Notes under the pieces: generated by a model
Database searches by the model: none
Seen by the model: only the letters and a program-made list of their open reading frames with translations
What the model was told of the DNA's origin: nothing
Translations under genes and position numbers: made by a program
Assembly: GCA_025201805.1 (NCBI GenBank)
Contig: MU619248.1
Coordinates: forward strand, 124,001-188,000
Length of the DNA stretch: 64,000 nt
Direction of reading: 5' to 3'
Source of the DNA: Parasitella parasitica NRRL 2501
Lineage: Eukaryota; Fungi; Mucoromycota
Shown: one piece after another, positions 39,014 to 52,549 of the stretch
Position numbering within the stretch: the first letter of the stretch is position 1
How the letters are laid out: each line of letters begins with the position of its first letter

Positions 39014-40182
39014 CCATCGACCTGCGTTCCATCATCCTATTTTGTTACGAAAGATGGCATTCTGTTCATATAATCAATGGAAAGCAGCAAAGGAAAAACT
39101 ACCGGAAACGTATTTTGAGGATGAGGATTATGATGCCGACGACTCTTTGGCCTATAGATATGTAAAATTGACGAGAACAGCTAGTAAATATCTTGCTGAA
39201 GCCCACAAAGTGTACAAATTGGATGTTGAATTATTGGATATATATTTGATAGTATGTATTTCTCAAATAAAACTAGAGCATTGTCTAATTCATGCCTAGT
39301 TCCTAAACACAGCAACAGATCGAGATAAAAAAGAGGTAATTTCAATAACGTTGCAAGCATTTAAACAGAACCCGGATCGCTATATGTTATCGTAGGTCTA
39401 CTTTTTTTTTTTTTTTTTTACAAAATATCAAAGCGCTAATATGAGTGTGTAGTTACCTGCTTAAAATTAACCAAGACGATCAATATTTCAAAAGCAAACC
39501 TTTTGTTCTACACATGTACGAGTGCGACCCTTCATTAAAGCCAAACGAGATGTTGAAACAGTATATTGAAAAGACTTGCAAACAAATCAGTAAGCATAAA
39601 CCAGTTGAGTTTTATAGCAGATAGGTAATCAATTTAAAGGTCGTCTAAAAAAGAAAGAAACACCCAATGCCGATAAGATGCTCAAATTTGAAAAACGGCT
39701 TCAGAGAATCTACCTTATCTTTTTAGCACAGTTAGAGAGCAACAATGCAAATAAATCATTTGTCAAGTTGATCAGAAAAAATCTATTCAAAAGAGCAATA
39801 AGGTAATTTGTTGTTACTACTTTATTGTAGAGAGATAGGCATTCACCACTGTCCAACTAGTCGGCAAGTCTGTGAAGCGTATCAACGCAGTTCGGCTTAT
39901 CAACTCATGAGGAGCTCCTACGACAAGAAAATCAAGGGTTTGGCAAAAACTATCAAACAAGATGTCAAAAAATACTTGAAGCGTGACATGATTGATCATA
40001 ATCAGTCAAAAGAAGAGGAGCAGATCGTGATAAAACTAGAAGGAGAACAAGAAAACAATATTGATTGTGCCGAAAAAGAATCTATTATTGAGATGAACAA
40101 CGAAGATTATATGCACGTTCGAACTGAATTGTCTCTCTTCCAAAAATATTTACAGCATCCTTTATTTAATAATACTAAATAA
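38426..40182 (+). CDS. Multi-exon protein, probably Rrn11/TAF1A-like RNA polymerase I initiation factor
   Basis: HVQLRNYLDRAQYTEARVLFSEIIKTAKYPLESIWKIGVEII resembles the Rrn11 N-terminal helix pattern (H..L...L....A...F..L.....IW.IG.EI); exons flanked by GT-AG. Confidence 0.55.
38939..39010. repeat. 72-nt poly-T run
   Basis: Uninterrupted T homopolymer right after a GT donor. Confidence 0.95.
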
Positions 40183-41197
40183 ACAATAAAATGTTCAGAT
40201 TGCAAATTTGACCATTCCACAAAGGCCTTGTTGGTTTGGTATACGTGTTGGGAAATGCAATACCCCAGATATAGATGAAGGCTTTATCCATGTTTTGAGA
40301 TACTCAAGCACTAAATTTTTTTTTCTATTGTTATGATAATTTTGGAATACATTCTACCGACTTTTTGGTTTCAAATGCCCGTTTTTTCCCGTTCCATAAA
40401 TGCATTTTGAAGCATTAAAATATGAGCTTTTTCAAGCATTTCCCGTTCTCGTTGTTCCTGGATCAAAGGCAGTATAATCAATGGCTTATCTAATGTCTTT
40501 TTGATTCAACAGCACAGCTAAACATCCATCATATAAATTATACTGCTGTGAAGTTGTGATTACTTGTTTTGTTGTGCTTGTCTTAAATTTTTGGTTTAAC
40601 AGCCCCTGGGTCATATATTTTAATCCGAATCGGGTACTCGCTTCACTGCTTTCAAAAACAATTGCCATTGTAATTATTGATTCACCCGTTCATAATATTA
40701 AATTGACACATATATCAATTTTTTTTACCATTTAGCAAGAATCTAACAGTTGCGTTTATCGACATCTTAATAAATCTTGATTGCAGCCTGAATCAAAAGC
40801 ATGATACTATGTTCAGAACTATCATTAGAAGAAGCCAAACTTCATCCCAAGGCCCATAAATCACGTCATATCTCCTCTCCATTTTTTTTTTTTTACCCAT
40901 TTTTTATGAAAGAGTGCGGGACACATTCGGAACTATCCGTGAATAAAAATCAAAGATGCCTACATGAAATGCTGGTGTTTTTTGCATACCAGCCATCTCA
41001 TTTTGTCAGCCGTAAAGGGTATAATTCGATGTTCCCTTTTGATTGCTGTAGCCTTCAGTTGTATCGAGCTGGCAAAAGACGAGAAACGAATACACAAAAA
41101 TGCATTCAAGACAAATTACCTTCAAATGTCAACAAGATCAAACGGCACTTCAAGTAGCACCGGGCAAGTTTCATGACGAGATTTGCAATAAATACAG

Positions 41198-41233
41198 TAT
41201 AAAAGAAGCGTAAAAATCTTGTTAAATTAATTC
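41198..41233 (+). promoter_or_regulatory. TATA-containing core promoter of the sugar transporter gene
   Basis: TATAAAAG 56 nt upstream of ATG 41254. Confidence 0.6.
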
Positions 41234-41253
41234 AAGTAATACCTACCTATATT

Positions 41254-42823
41254 ATGGAATCTCGAGACAAACTCAAGCCGTTTGTGGTTTTTTGTGTTGC
41301 TATTGCAGCACTTGGTGCTCTCAACAACGGTTTTAATACATCTGCATTGAACATTCCAGCCGCATCTCTTACAAATTGCCCTGGCGTGCCCTTTGGCACA
41401 GTTACATATTATCCAAATTCACCATTACCTCAATGTATTCCAATGTCTGATTGGATTTTGTAAGTAAATAGCCATTGGCTCGAATTGATACATGTGCTAA
41501 ACAGTATATAGAGGTACAGCTACTGGTATGTACGCTATTGGCGGTCTTTTAGGCGCCATGATTGCTGGCTGGATGGCCCAAAAATACGGTCGTCGCGATT
41601 CTATGCTTATCATGAATACTACGTTCTTTATCGGTGCCATCTTGCTTTCTCTTTCTACAGAGCCTGGCCAGTTTGCTGTTGGCCGCATCTTTGTTGGCAT
41701 CGGCTCTGGCTTTATGACTGTAGTGATTTCTATGTATATTGCTGAAGTTTCTCCGTCCAAGTATCGTGGAGCGCTTGGTTCCTTCCTTCAGCTTTTCTTG
41801 ACTATTGGTATTATCATAATCGAAGCCATCGGTCTTGGTCTTTCCTCTGCCATTGGTTGGCGTATCGTTGTCATCATAACAGTTGTTCCTGCTATCGTTC
41901 AAATGCTCTGTTTACCTTTTTGTGCTCGTTCTCCACGTTGGTTAATTTCTCAAAACCGCATTGATGAAGCTCGTGTACAATTGATGCGTCTTCGTTATGG
42001 CGATGTTCAAGACGAGTTCTCTGAAATGATTTTATCTCTTACCAAAGGCGGCCAAAGTGATAGCGCCAAAGAGGCCCTTCCTGAGGGTGAACTCGACGAC
42101 AAGAACAGTTTTGACGACGCCCCAAATGAAGAAGCAAATGAAGCTTTTGAAGGAGAAGAATCTTTGTCTATACGTGAGATTTTCTCCAACCGTTGCTTAA
42201 TGATTTTAACCTTGAAAATGATTGTCGTGCACGCCTCTTCTCAATTGACTGGTATCAACGCTGTCATGTATTATTCAACTAACATATTTGAAAACTCTTT
42301 TGGCGATGTTGCTAAATATGTTACCATTGGTGTTTCTGGTCTTAACATTGTCATGACCATCATCGGACTCGGTTTGATTGATCACTTGGGTCGCAAAATT
42401 TTGCTGGTTGTCTCTGCCTACGGCATGATGATTTGGTCTGTTCTTATGACTGTTGGCTTGAGATTTGACGTCTCTGCTCTTCAAGTTGTGTCCATCTATA
42501 TTTTTGTCGCTTGTTACGCTGTAGGTCTCGGTATGATTCCTTTTGTCATCACTTCTGAAGTTTATCCTACTTATGCTGTTTCGGCTGCCTCGTCTGTCGC
42601 TTTGGCTGTTAACTGGCTTTGTAACTTTATCATTGGTCTTGTTTTTCCTGCACTCCAAACAGCCTGTGGTCCTTATGTTTTCTTGATCTTTACAGGCCTC
42701 TCAGCCTTGGCTGGTACTTTTATTCTTATGTTCATTCCTGAAACCAAGCAAAAAACCATTGATCAACTTGGACGTGAACTTGGTTGGGCTGATATTAATC
42801 TCGATGATGTTCGCAAAAAGTAA
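41254..42823 (+). CDS. MFS sugar porter (GLUT-like), 2 exons
   Basis: KYGRR, GRIFVGIGSG, MYIAEVSPSKYRGALG, SPRWL, SQLTGINAVMYYS, DHLGRK, SEVYP, NWLCNFIIG, PETK. Confidence 0.95.
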
Positions 42824-43023
42824 ATCAGTACCCTCACTCTTCTTTGACTGTGTAGTTTCTCTCAGTTTTGTACTACTATCATTATCTTTGTAGATTATTC
42901 ATGCATAAATTGCAATATTATTAAATTTCATCGCATATCGTCTTTTTTTTTTCAACATCAAATTGGGAGTGTTACTCGTAAATAGTCATTAAATAGTTCT
43001 AATATACATTGGACAGTGCTGTT

Positions 43024-45049
43024 TTACTCAACAGCGTCTAAAGCCTTTGAAAACATGGACAGTAACTTGTCTCTGTCTTCTAAACCGACACTAACACGGA
43101 CTAAATGGCGGGCAACACCATACTTGGCAGCCCAATCAAGTTCCGTATAATGGGCAAGAATAGTGTAGGGACTACATAATGTGAAATTGGTGCCGAGAGA
43201 TGGACCCTTGGCGCAACTGAGGTTATCATAAAAAGTGGCAGCGCTCGTTTCATTTTTTAAAACCACAGAAAATAAACCACCGTAACCTGCATCGTCCGAA
43301 TCAACCTTGACGGCATCAAAATGATTCCTACATGTGAACTTGGGGTAAAAGACTTGCTCAACTACAAAATGTGATGATTCAGTATGTCTAAATATCGAAG
43401 AGTCTATTTTTGTTTACCTTTGGGATGATCTATTAAAAAGTCGCACAAGGCTTCGGTGTTGCCATTGATAATCTTTGAACGTTCTTTGAAGGTGCGAGAA
43501 TTACGCTCTAAAAAGACGGCGTCTTCTGACCAAACAAGATCTTCGTAATCCCTCTTTAAACCATCTTTCAAATCTGTATAACGAGGTCCATTTGGATTCA
43601 AAGTCATACTGGAAAAAACAAGTTTGAGATGCCATTTAGATTGTACCATTTTGACGTCGAATTTTACCTTCCACCCATCACATTAGAGTCCCCAGAAAAT
43701 ACTTTGGTCAAGCTGCTAACGACCATATCAGCCCATTCAAGCACAGCAACATTACAAAAATTACCAATGGTTTCATCAACGACAATCAAAAACTTGTATT
43801 CGTCTGCTAGCTTACGAAGACGCTTGATATCAGGAGATTTCAGCAATGGATTCGAGGGGAATTCGCAAAACAAACTCAAAATCCTTTCGCCAGACTTCAA
43901 AAGTTCTTCAAACTCATCCAAGCTTTTATCGTCTCCGAGGCCATAAAAGTGGCAGCCAGCGCCCCATTTTTGCAAAATCTTCAAGGTGTCAGTATAAGGA
44001 AACCTGCATATTATGCAATTATGAGAATTTAGGCTCTACTTGAACTAACTAGCATATACTTACCCAAAACAGACACTCTTAGCAGTTTCGTCACCAACAA
44101 GCATGGAAACTCGATGAGCATGATAAATAGCGCTCATGCCACAAGGGTACAAATACACATCCTCCTCAGACAAACCTCTAATTCCACGATCACCCTTTAA
44201 CTTACGCTGCTCCTCCAAGTCAGTACTGGATGTCTTGTTTTCCTTGTCATTGACTTCACTTTCCCCACGCAGCACTCCTGCAATACGTCTTCTCAATGCA
44301 ACCTTTGCATTGTTTGAGAACTTGACAGGCAAGTTGCGTCCATAGCGTTCTTCCAAATAAGTCGTTTGCTCGACGGCCTCGTCTTCCTTGTCTTGTCCAA
44401 ATTTTTGAGCCGACTTGGAGCTGTAATGACTTCTACTGCGACTTCCCATAGTTAACTTTGGTCTATACAAGTCATTTTCACTGGTTAAAGCGTCTTGTAA
44501 AGACTTTTGCTGGTTGTCATCCATGATACGTAAACAATACTCGGCCATGCGAGAGGAAATAATGTCACCAGAATGCTGCCAAAATTGCTTAGCAACAGGG
44601 AATGCATCCTGAGGGAATAGGACAATGTGGAGAGGAACTGGCTGGAGCTCGGTGGAGGGGTTGATGGGCGCAATTTCGAATTCTGCAATGAGAACAGTGC
44701 CAGTGGGATTTTCGTAGTAGCGTTCCATGAATGATCTGCATTGTTCCGCTACTTTATGTGAGGGAAAAAGCATGCCTGTGTCGGTTTTCTTGCCAAATTT
44801 AGCGACCAAACGAGTGCATAGCTGAAAAGAGAGATGTATTATTACGCTGTACCATATCAAGAAAGCTGCACTTACCTTCTGGATGAGAGGATGAATGAAA
44901 AAACGAGGATATCCACATTCCATCTTTGCAGTGACAATGGGATTGCCTTCTTCGTAGTAGATGTTGTCTTGCCATTTCGGAAACATGACAGATACCGCAT
45001 GAGGTGTGTGGGCTGGGATAGCAGCACCAACTTGAGTAGGAGGTTCCAT
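43024..45049 (-). CDS. STR2: Cystathionine gamma-synthase (Str2/Met7-like, PLP-dependent), multi-exon
   Basis: [59 protein letters not shown] lysine in [28 protein letters not shown]. Confidence 0.92.
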
Positions 45050-45302
45050 GAGAGAGAGAGAGAGAAATCAAAAAAGTCAAACACAAAGAGAGAGAGAGAA
45101 ACCAAAGGGTCCCCGTATACTTTAATTTTTATAGCTTCGAACTATCAAATAAGACGAGAGGATCTCATCAATCTAGAATGCGAGCTTTCAAACTCCTTGT
45201 GAAAATATATACCATCATTATGCTGTTGGACAAAGTATACATTATTGGTCATATAGGGGATCATGATTTGTTTATCAAATTATACATATATTATTTACAG
45301 GA

Positions 45303-46106
45303 TTATAATTTATTCACAAGCCCTTCAACCATTTGCTTGCACTCTTGAGCGCTGAGATATTCAGAGTTTTGGATTGCATTTGAGATCAAGATGGTATTTT
45401 TCACTTCTTCAGAATTAATCCAGACACGGCCGTTCATTCCAACCGCTGTTTCAAAAGGGAAATGCTCTCCCAGATAGCTTAAAATCGGTGTATTGGGGTT
45501 TAACAGTCTGCAGACAATGTGTCAGTCAATGGACGTCGTGAACTTGAATCTCTTATATATCCTCACCTTCGACAAAGCCCAAGCGAGCATTTGAATGCAA
45601 ATCCACCCACCAACTCACCAAAGCCATCTGCCTTTCCAGTTTTAGGATTGACGCATTCAAGCTCTGGCTCCATGTCAGGGTTTGCCAAAGACACTCTACA
45701 GTACACTAACGATTGTACGCTCAGATTGGGTCTATTGCGTTTTGTGGCTCCCTCAAATGCCATCATGGGCAAGACGGCTGAATGTGCTGTTCCAATGTCT
45801 ACTCGAAAATACTCCCCCATTTTGGCAATCACTGTTCCAACCACTGATTCTCCTGTTGCTGCAATATACTACAAGATGACTCAATAAAACACGATGGCTT
45901 TGTCTGGCGGCTTTACTCACTCTCTTTTGATTGCTCTCTATCCAGTATCGATTTCCGACTTCCAAATGCTGCAAAATGCCTGCTTTTATAGCGACGATTT
46001 GGTCGCCTTCTTGTCTCAAGCCTGGGCCCAAGACAATGGCAGACTCCTCCTCTACATCAATAACATCTCCGGGCAAGACAATGCGTGGATCAACCTCCAT
46101 TACCAT
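45303..46106 (-). CDS. RRP40: Exosome subunit Rrp40/EXOSC3, 3 exons
   Basis: VLPGD, LGPGL, AFEGATKRNRPNL, EPELECV, FETAVGMNGRVWI. Confidence 0.95.
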
Positions 46107-46267
46107 GTGTTGTGTTGTGGAAAGAAGTAATGCTGCAATACATGACTGGAAAAAATTTGTTACATGTTTTTTATTTGGACTGGTTTTCTTGCACTTTAGA
46201 TGAAAGTAAATGGTACTGTACCTAACCATCGGCTTTCAAGGCCTTCTTGCTTTGACCAGACATACAA

Positions 46268-48067
46268 ATGGATTTGATCTACCCAAAGTACAGATGCTAT
46301 CCACCAGCGGCCAATTGGTATTCTTTGTATGCAGCTGCAATCGTTGAACCGAATTTCTTTTTGTATGCTAGCAGAAATCTTGTTGTTGTTCTCGGCTTGA
46401 AGGATCTCAGGTACTATAATTCCTTCACCGCAGCAGAAGACAAAGTCGACGTTATAGCAGCATACGGAAACTATTGCTATACAGCAGGAGCAGAAAAGAC
46501 AGTGAGATTATGGGATTTTACGCTGGGATCTATGCTATCAACCCATAACGAGCATGATGTAAGCGGCACATCCCACGAAATACGAACCTAATCTGACATT
46601 TATGCAAAATGTTAACTTAGAGAGATATCACTGTTTTAAGTATCATACGTCAGGGGGCTGTTGTTATATCGGCTGATAAGGCTGGAAAAATAGTATTGTC
46701 AGACACTTTCTTGAAGGCGTCCAAACGCCGAGAGATCGATGTTGGTTCTGCAGTTACATGCATTGCCTCATTGCAAGTCGAGGGCCGAGACTACATAGCT
46801 GTAGGCTATGAAAATGGCATGGTATTCATTTACGAGATTCAAGGCGATCTTTCAATGACTATTGTAGGCCAAATCATGGAAGATACGGATCCAATTCAGT
46901 CTGTAGACTGGCAGCCATTGAGCCAGCCTTCCGAATGGCCCTTACTAGCCTTTAGCACAAAGCGTAAATCACAGATATTTTTTTGGGATTTTCCATCACA
47001 GTCCATCGTGTCTTCGCTCAAGTTACCTCGTCCTCCTGCGCAGATCACCGAAAGTCAAAAATCTGCCATCTGGGTCACAGTGATCTGGCAGCAAGGCCAC
47101 AGAAACATGCTCTATTTCTCTAGCTATTTGGGCTCGATACTATGCGCTGATCTTTCAAATCCGCAAAGACCAAAGATAAACAACAAAAAGAGAATGGACA
47201 TGCATTCTAGGCACGTCTTCGCCATGAATTTCTTTAACCAGGGCACCAACTTGATCAGCATTTCAATGGACGCACAACTGATCAAGTGGGACGTTGAGCT
47301 TGGATTGGATGTCCAGGCTATCAAAACACAGACCAAATATCCTTACTGCTTGGAGTCGGTCGCATGGGATAAAGGGCAGCTAGCGATTGCTATGGGTGAG
47401 AAGGAGGTCAAGTACTGGAAGTTTTCCACTGCAGATGATGTTGTGCAGCCTCAGTCAGCCCCCAATTACTACGCTGCCACTATTATCTGGAAAGGGCTGC
47501 AGGGGAAAATTCAACGAGTAAGTTTATATTGGGCACTGATTCATTCGCTTTCTTATTTCAGTTTTTGAATCAGATAAGCGGGCACCCCTTCATAGACGGC
47601 GTGGTAGCCTATTCTAATGAATTTGGACACGTGGGTCTATGCGACTCTTTCATAAAGAACAATGCTGTAAAATTCAGCAAACATCATACAATGGAGAATG
47701 CGCCATTCATTGATTGGGGCCCTAATATGTGCGAGATATTGCAAAGAGAGGATATGGAGGCTCCGCTAATATCGTGTGGTGGTGATGGCACAGTGCATGT
47801 ATATAACATGAATTCGATCAAGACACCGCCAGTGAGACTCTGTGACATGATGAACAAGCTGAATCCTGCTTGGTTCAACAAGCTCAAAAATATTGATTCG
47901 CATCGCCATGCAATGAAAATAGATCAAAAATCTACGTTCATAGCTTTTGGGCATACAAATGGGTTTCTTGAAATCTACAAGTTGAAGACACTCAAGCTGA
48001 TTTACACCACAGACTATCAAAGACAATGCATCACATCACTTGCTTGGAAACGTAAGTTGGCTTATTG

Positions 48068-48098
<31 letters not shown>

Positions 48099-49819
48099 GG
48101 TACTGATAAAGCCAGGCCGCTAATCTGCAGATCTTGGAGACAAAGTATACCTGGCAGCAGGATGTCGTAATGGTCAAATTGTTGTTTACGACATGGCAAA
48201 TCTTGATCTCGACAGCAAGGATGGTAATTCGCTGTATAGTTCTGTATGTAATAATTTTCTAAAAACAAGCTTAGATGTACCCATGTTGGGCCAGCACAAC
48301 TGCTTGATTGAATTCAGTCTACACAAAGAAAGCGTCAACAGCATTAAATGGAGTTTACACAATGACAAAGCCCTGCTTGCTTCAGCTTCAGATGACAATT
48401 TTGTTTATGTGTGGAGCGTGGATAAAACAACCCCTATAGCCGAGTTCAACGAGCATCGAAGTCGCGTATTTTCTATTGAATGGAATCACATTGACTTTGA
48501 TGTGCTATTTAGCGGAGGACAAGATAAATTCATATATGAGTGGAATTTTCTTGATTTTATGTACCAGGAAAAGAAAAACATCGAACCAACAAAATATCAC
48601 AGAGAGAGATTCGTACTGCAGAATAAAAAGAAAAGAAAAGAAACAGCCTCATCAGCATCTGCGATTAATGACAGATCAGCGCCAGCAAAGAAAAAGCAAA
48701 CAACATCAACGAATTCCTTGCAGTGCACATTGAATGTAGCCCGAGCTTCGGAAAACTCGACTAGCCGCATTAAACGAGAGCAATATTGTATGAGTTTAGC
48801 TAATAAACTACTCGATGGAAAAGTTGAAAAAGCAGTGGAATCTATCAAAAGTATGCTGAGTGCCGATCAAATCCAAGATGCGATTGTCAATAGATATTTA
48901 AGTCTGTGGGACAATAACAATACACAAAAAGAACAACGCCAAAACATTCATGAATTACTATATGGCGACAAAAACGATATTCGCCGTTTAATTGAGCTTG
49001 AAGGTAGCACATTTTTTCAATGTGAATTAAATTCGCAGGCGACTAATACTTTCAGTAGTGGAAGCCGTAGACGACGATGACACGCAAAGCTCGTCAGTTT
49101 TGAGCTCTGAAGTGGAGCAGATTGTGAAAAACAAGCACAACGTCAAGCTGGCTATGGACATCATGCGCTGCCATTTTACTACATTTGATCAGGACGCAAC
49201 TAACAACGAGGCAAGCAGCTGGTTGACAGATTGGATCATGTTGGCTCTGAGTCCGATGGGTAAATACGACGAAATACTGTTTGGGTTCAGTCCTCTAAAG
49301 TATTGAATTTAGTGAGCAAAGAAAAGTGGTTGGACCTCATGTACAAACAAGCAAAAAAAATGGAATCGATAAAGCAATTCCATTTGGCGGCAGCATGCTA
49401 CATTGCTTGCAGTCATGTCTACGATGCCATTGAAATGTACAAACAATATGATATGTTTCGAGAAGCTATAGTCCTCGCCAAGTTAAGATTACCACCTGCC
49501 GATCCAATCATCAGTTCTCTTTTTACTGAATGGGCCAAAGTACTCCAAAAGGGAGATCAAGATACACTGACTGCGACGTGGTAAGCTTCTGCAAAAGAAA
49601 GGTATTGAGGTTCTAAACTTCTATTCTTCTAGTTACCTTTTGTCTAATACTAAAGGCTCTATTGAGATTGCAATGGATTGCATTGCTAGAGATGGCAAAG
49701 AATCTGGTTTATTTTATGCCGCTTGTTTGGCTTTAGCTACTCAAGATCATACCAAAAAGCAGCGTCTAGATCTTTGGCTCTCAGTAATGACAGAACGTTT
49801 AGCAAACAAAAGTAAATAA
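46268..49819 (+). CDS. Gemin5-like WD40 plus TPR-like protein, multi-exon
   Basis: N-terminal YPPAANWYS (Gemin5 LPPSPNWY-like), WKGLQGKI..ISGHP..GVVAY, LASASDD, SGGQD, and C-terminal LALSP...AAACY...HVYDAIEMY...FREAIVLAKLRLPPADPI...W. Confidence 0.8.
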
Positions 49820-50707
49820 ATATATACTATCATCATCAAGTTTCATTAGGTAGTAACATTAAAACTGCTGCATTTGTCTTCCTTTTTTATTTCACATTAG
49901 CTAAAATGATAGCTTATTTTTCAACAAAGCATCGAGGTAAGAACTCCCGGTACTCGACGCTCTCGCCCTCCCTTTGCAATGTTCAATTTCAAATTTAGAT
50001 TTCAACCACACAAACCAGACGCTTTTACTTGGTTTCTATAATGTTTTAATTAAGATATCTATTTTTGGTAATTTGAAAAGTTATCTAGGTGAACCAAATG
50101 GAGGAGAAGCAATCACTTATGATTCTTGCTGGTAAAATATTAGAGGTATAACATATTCCCGAATTTTGAAAATGCATCGAGTCTTTCATTACAATACAGG
50201 TTCAATGACAATGTTCTTTGAAAACGCTATTTCTTATTTAGGTTTATTTTTTTAATAGCTTCGCATATTGTAGACTTGATTTTGACATGAGAGAATGGAT
50301 TCCAATGTCCATCCAAGGGTGGAAATCATTTAATATATAGAACCCAAAATAGTGTTTCAATGTTCATAATGGAAGTTGCTCTCAAAAGAATCTCTGTCAG
50401 CAATGAGTAAACGGCAGAACAATGCTCCCAAACCATTCATCATTATTAGACACAGCATCCATGGCAAATAATTTCTCTTATGCGAGATCCAACGTACAAA
50501 GTGTTTTGCAAATTACGATAAAAGCGTATTCCTTAGTACGGAGTTCTTTTACTAGGCACCTTTGTTTGGCGAACTGTAAATTAACTTGTTCTCTGGTTGC
50601 ACTAAAGCTAATAAAAGGGGAACCTTTTTGAGTTCTTGCCCTCTCTCTCTCTCTCTCTTTTCCTTTTTTTATTTCTTTTTTTTATAAAAAAGAGATAAAT
50701 TTTAAAA

Positions 50708-52517
50708 GTGGCTTCATATAATAACAATAGCAAAAATCCAAATCCAAACCCTTTCGAGGACTCATCCGAGTCAGGGCTGGATTCATCTCCTTTTGATTAT
50801 TCAACACAACAGCAGCAACATCAGCAACATCAGCAACAAGACCTCATAGACTTGCGACAAAACCAACAAGTTTTTTCGAACTCGACATCATCCTCTACTT
50901 TACAACAGAAAACCGAGTTAACTGCGCCTGCTTATACTCATCAACATATAAAAAGAGGCGACTCATCGTTTGCGCTTGACGAAGGTAACCATTTTTTTAA
51001 AAAGGAGACAGAAATATGGAAATTTGGCGAGAGAAACAAGAGGGGCCACAAGAGGGAGGGAGTGTAAGATGTTTTTTGTTGAATATTGGATCATATTATT
51101 AAAAAGGGGAGACAATTTTAATTATGGAGTTCTAATTTGATATTGCTTCAAATACCAGGTTCATTCTATGACGAGTCAGTGATACATCAAGACGACGATG
51201 ATAACCTACAGTTGTTAACAAACAAAAGCCCTATTGCGGGTCGTGGCAAACAGCAGCAGCTACCATCAGCCCCATCAAATACAGACAATATACCTTTGCA
51301 CCGAGCCACATCACAACCTCAAGTGACCCAAAGAAGAAAAACTTTTAATCTCAAAAACATCATCAACGGGCTACTAGGAAAATCCAATGCTGCTTCTGGT
51401 ACCGCTGGCGAAGGTGGTGAGCGCATTATTCATCTCAACAACAACGAATTAAATGATCAACAAAAGTTTCTCCACAATCGTGTATTTACAGCAAAATATA
51501 CAGCGTTCACCTTTTTACCCAAATTCTTATATGAGGAGTTTTCCAAGTATGCTAATCTTTTCTTTTTGTTTATTTCTGGAATTCAGGTACGCAATTATAA
51601 TCAATGCCAAGAGTGTATGCTCAGGAGATTAAAATAATTTTTTTTCAAGCAAATCCCGGGTATTTCACCTACTAGTAGATACACCACTCTGGTGCCTTTG
51701 GTCATTGTTTTAGTCATCACTGCCGTGAAAGAAGTCATTGAAGATTGGGTAATTTGTCAAATCAGCAAGGAAGCATACAGTGCTAACCCAATACATTATA
51801 TCATAGGGTGTTCATCGATCCGATGCTGAGCTAAATGCCAGAAAATGCAAGGTATTGGAGGGCACACAATTTGTCGAGAAGGCTTGGCGTGATATCAAAG
51901 TTGGAGACGTCCTTCGTGTAGAAAGTGGAGAAAATTTTCCAGCAGATTTGATATTGATGAGTAGCTCAGAACCAGAAGGTCTTTGTTATATTGAAACCAG
52001 TAATTTAGACGGTGAAGTGAATCTCAAGATTAAACAAGCATTGACACAAACATCTTCCATCTTGAATCCTGTTGATATGAGGCAGCTACAAGGTACCATT
52101 CGCAGTGAGCAGCCCAACAATCGCTTGTACAACTACGATGGCGTATTTTCTACTAGTTCCATAAACGAAGTCGGCAAATCTCGAGATTATGCTTTGGATC
52201 CTACACAACTATTACTGCGCGGTGCTCAGCTTCGCAACACATTGTGGATCTATGGTATTGTTGTATTCACAGGTCATGAAACAAAACTTATGTTAAATTC
52301 GAGGTAAGGAATTGTAATGCTTATTATTTATGTTGAATATGATTCTCATTGTAACTTTAGCAAAAAACCCTCCAAGATATCCAACGTAACACGTATTACC
52401 AACAGAAATATCTTGTATCTGTTTGCTATTCTGGTTGCTATGAGCGTTGCCTGCGCTATAGGTGGTTTGATCTTTACAGTAAGTTGATCTCTGTGCATCC
52501 TAGCAAAATTATTGAAG

Positions 52518-52549
<32 letters not shown>

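Noticed and set aside
40200-41180. Short ORFs upstream of the sugar transporter
   Set aside because: No motifs, homopolymer-derived composition, consistent with promoter DNA
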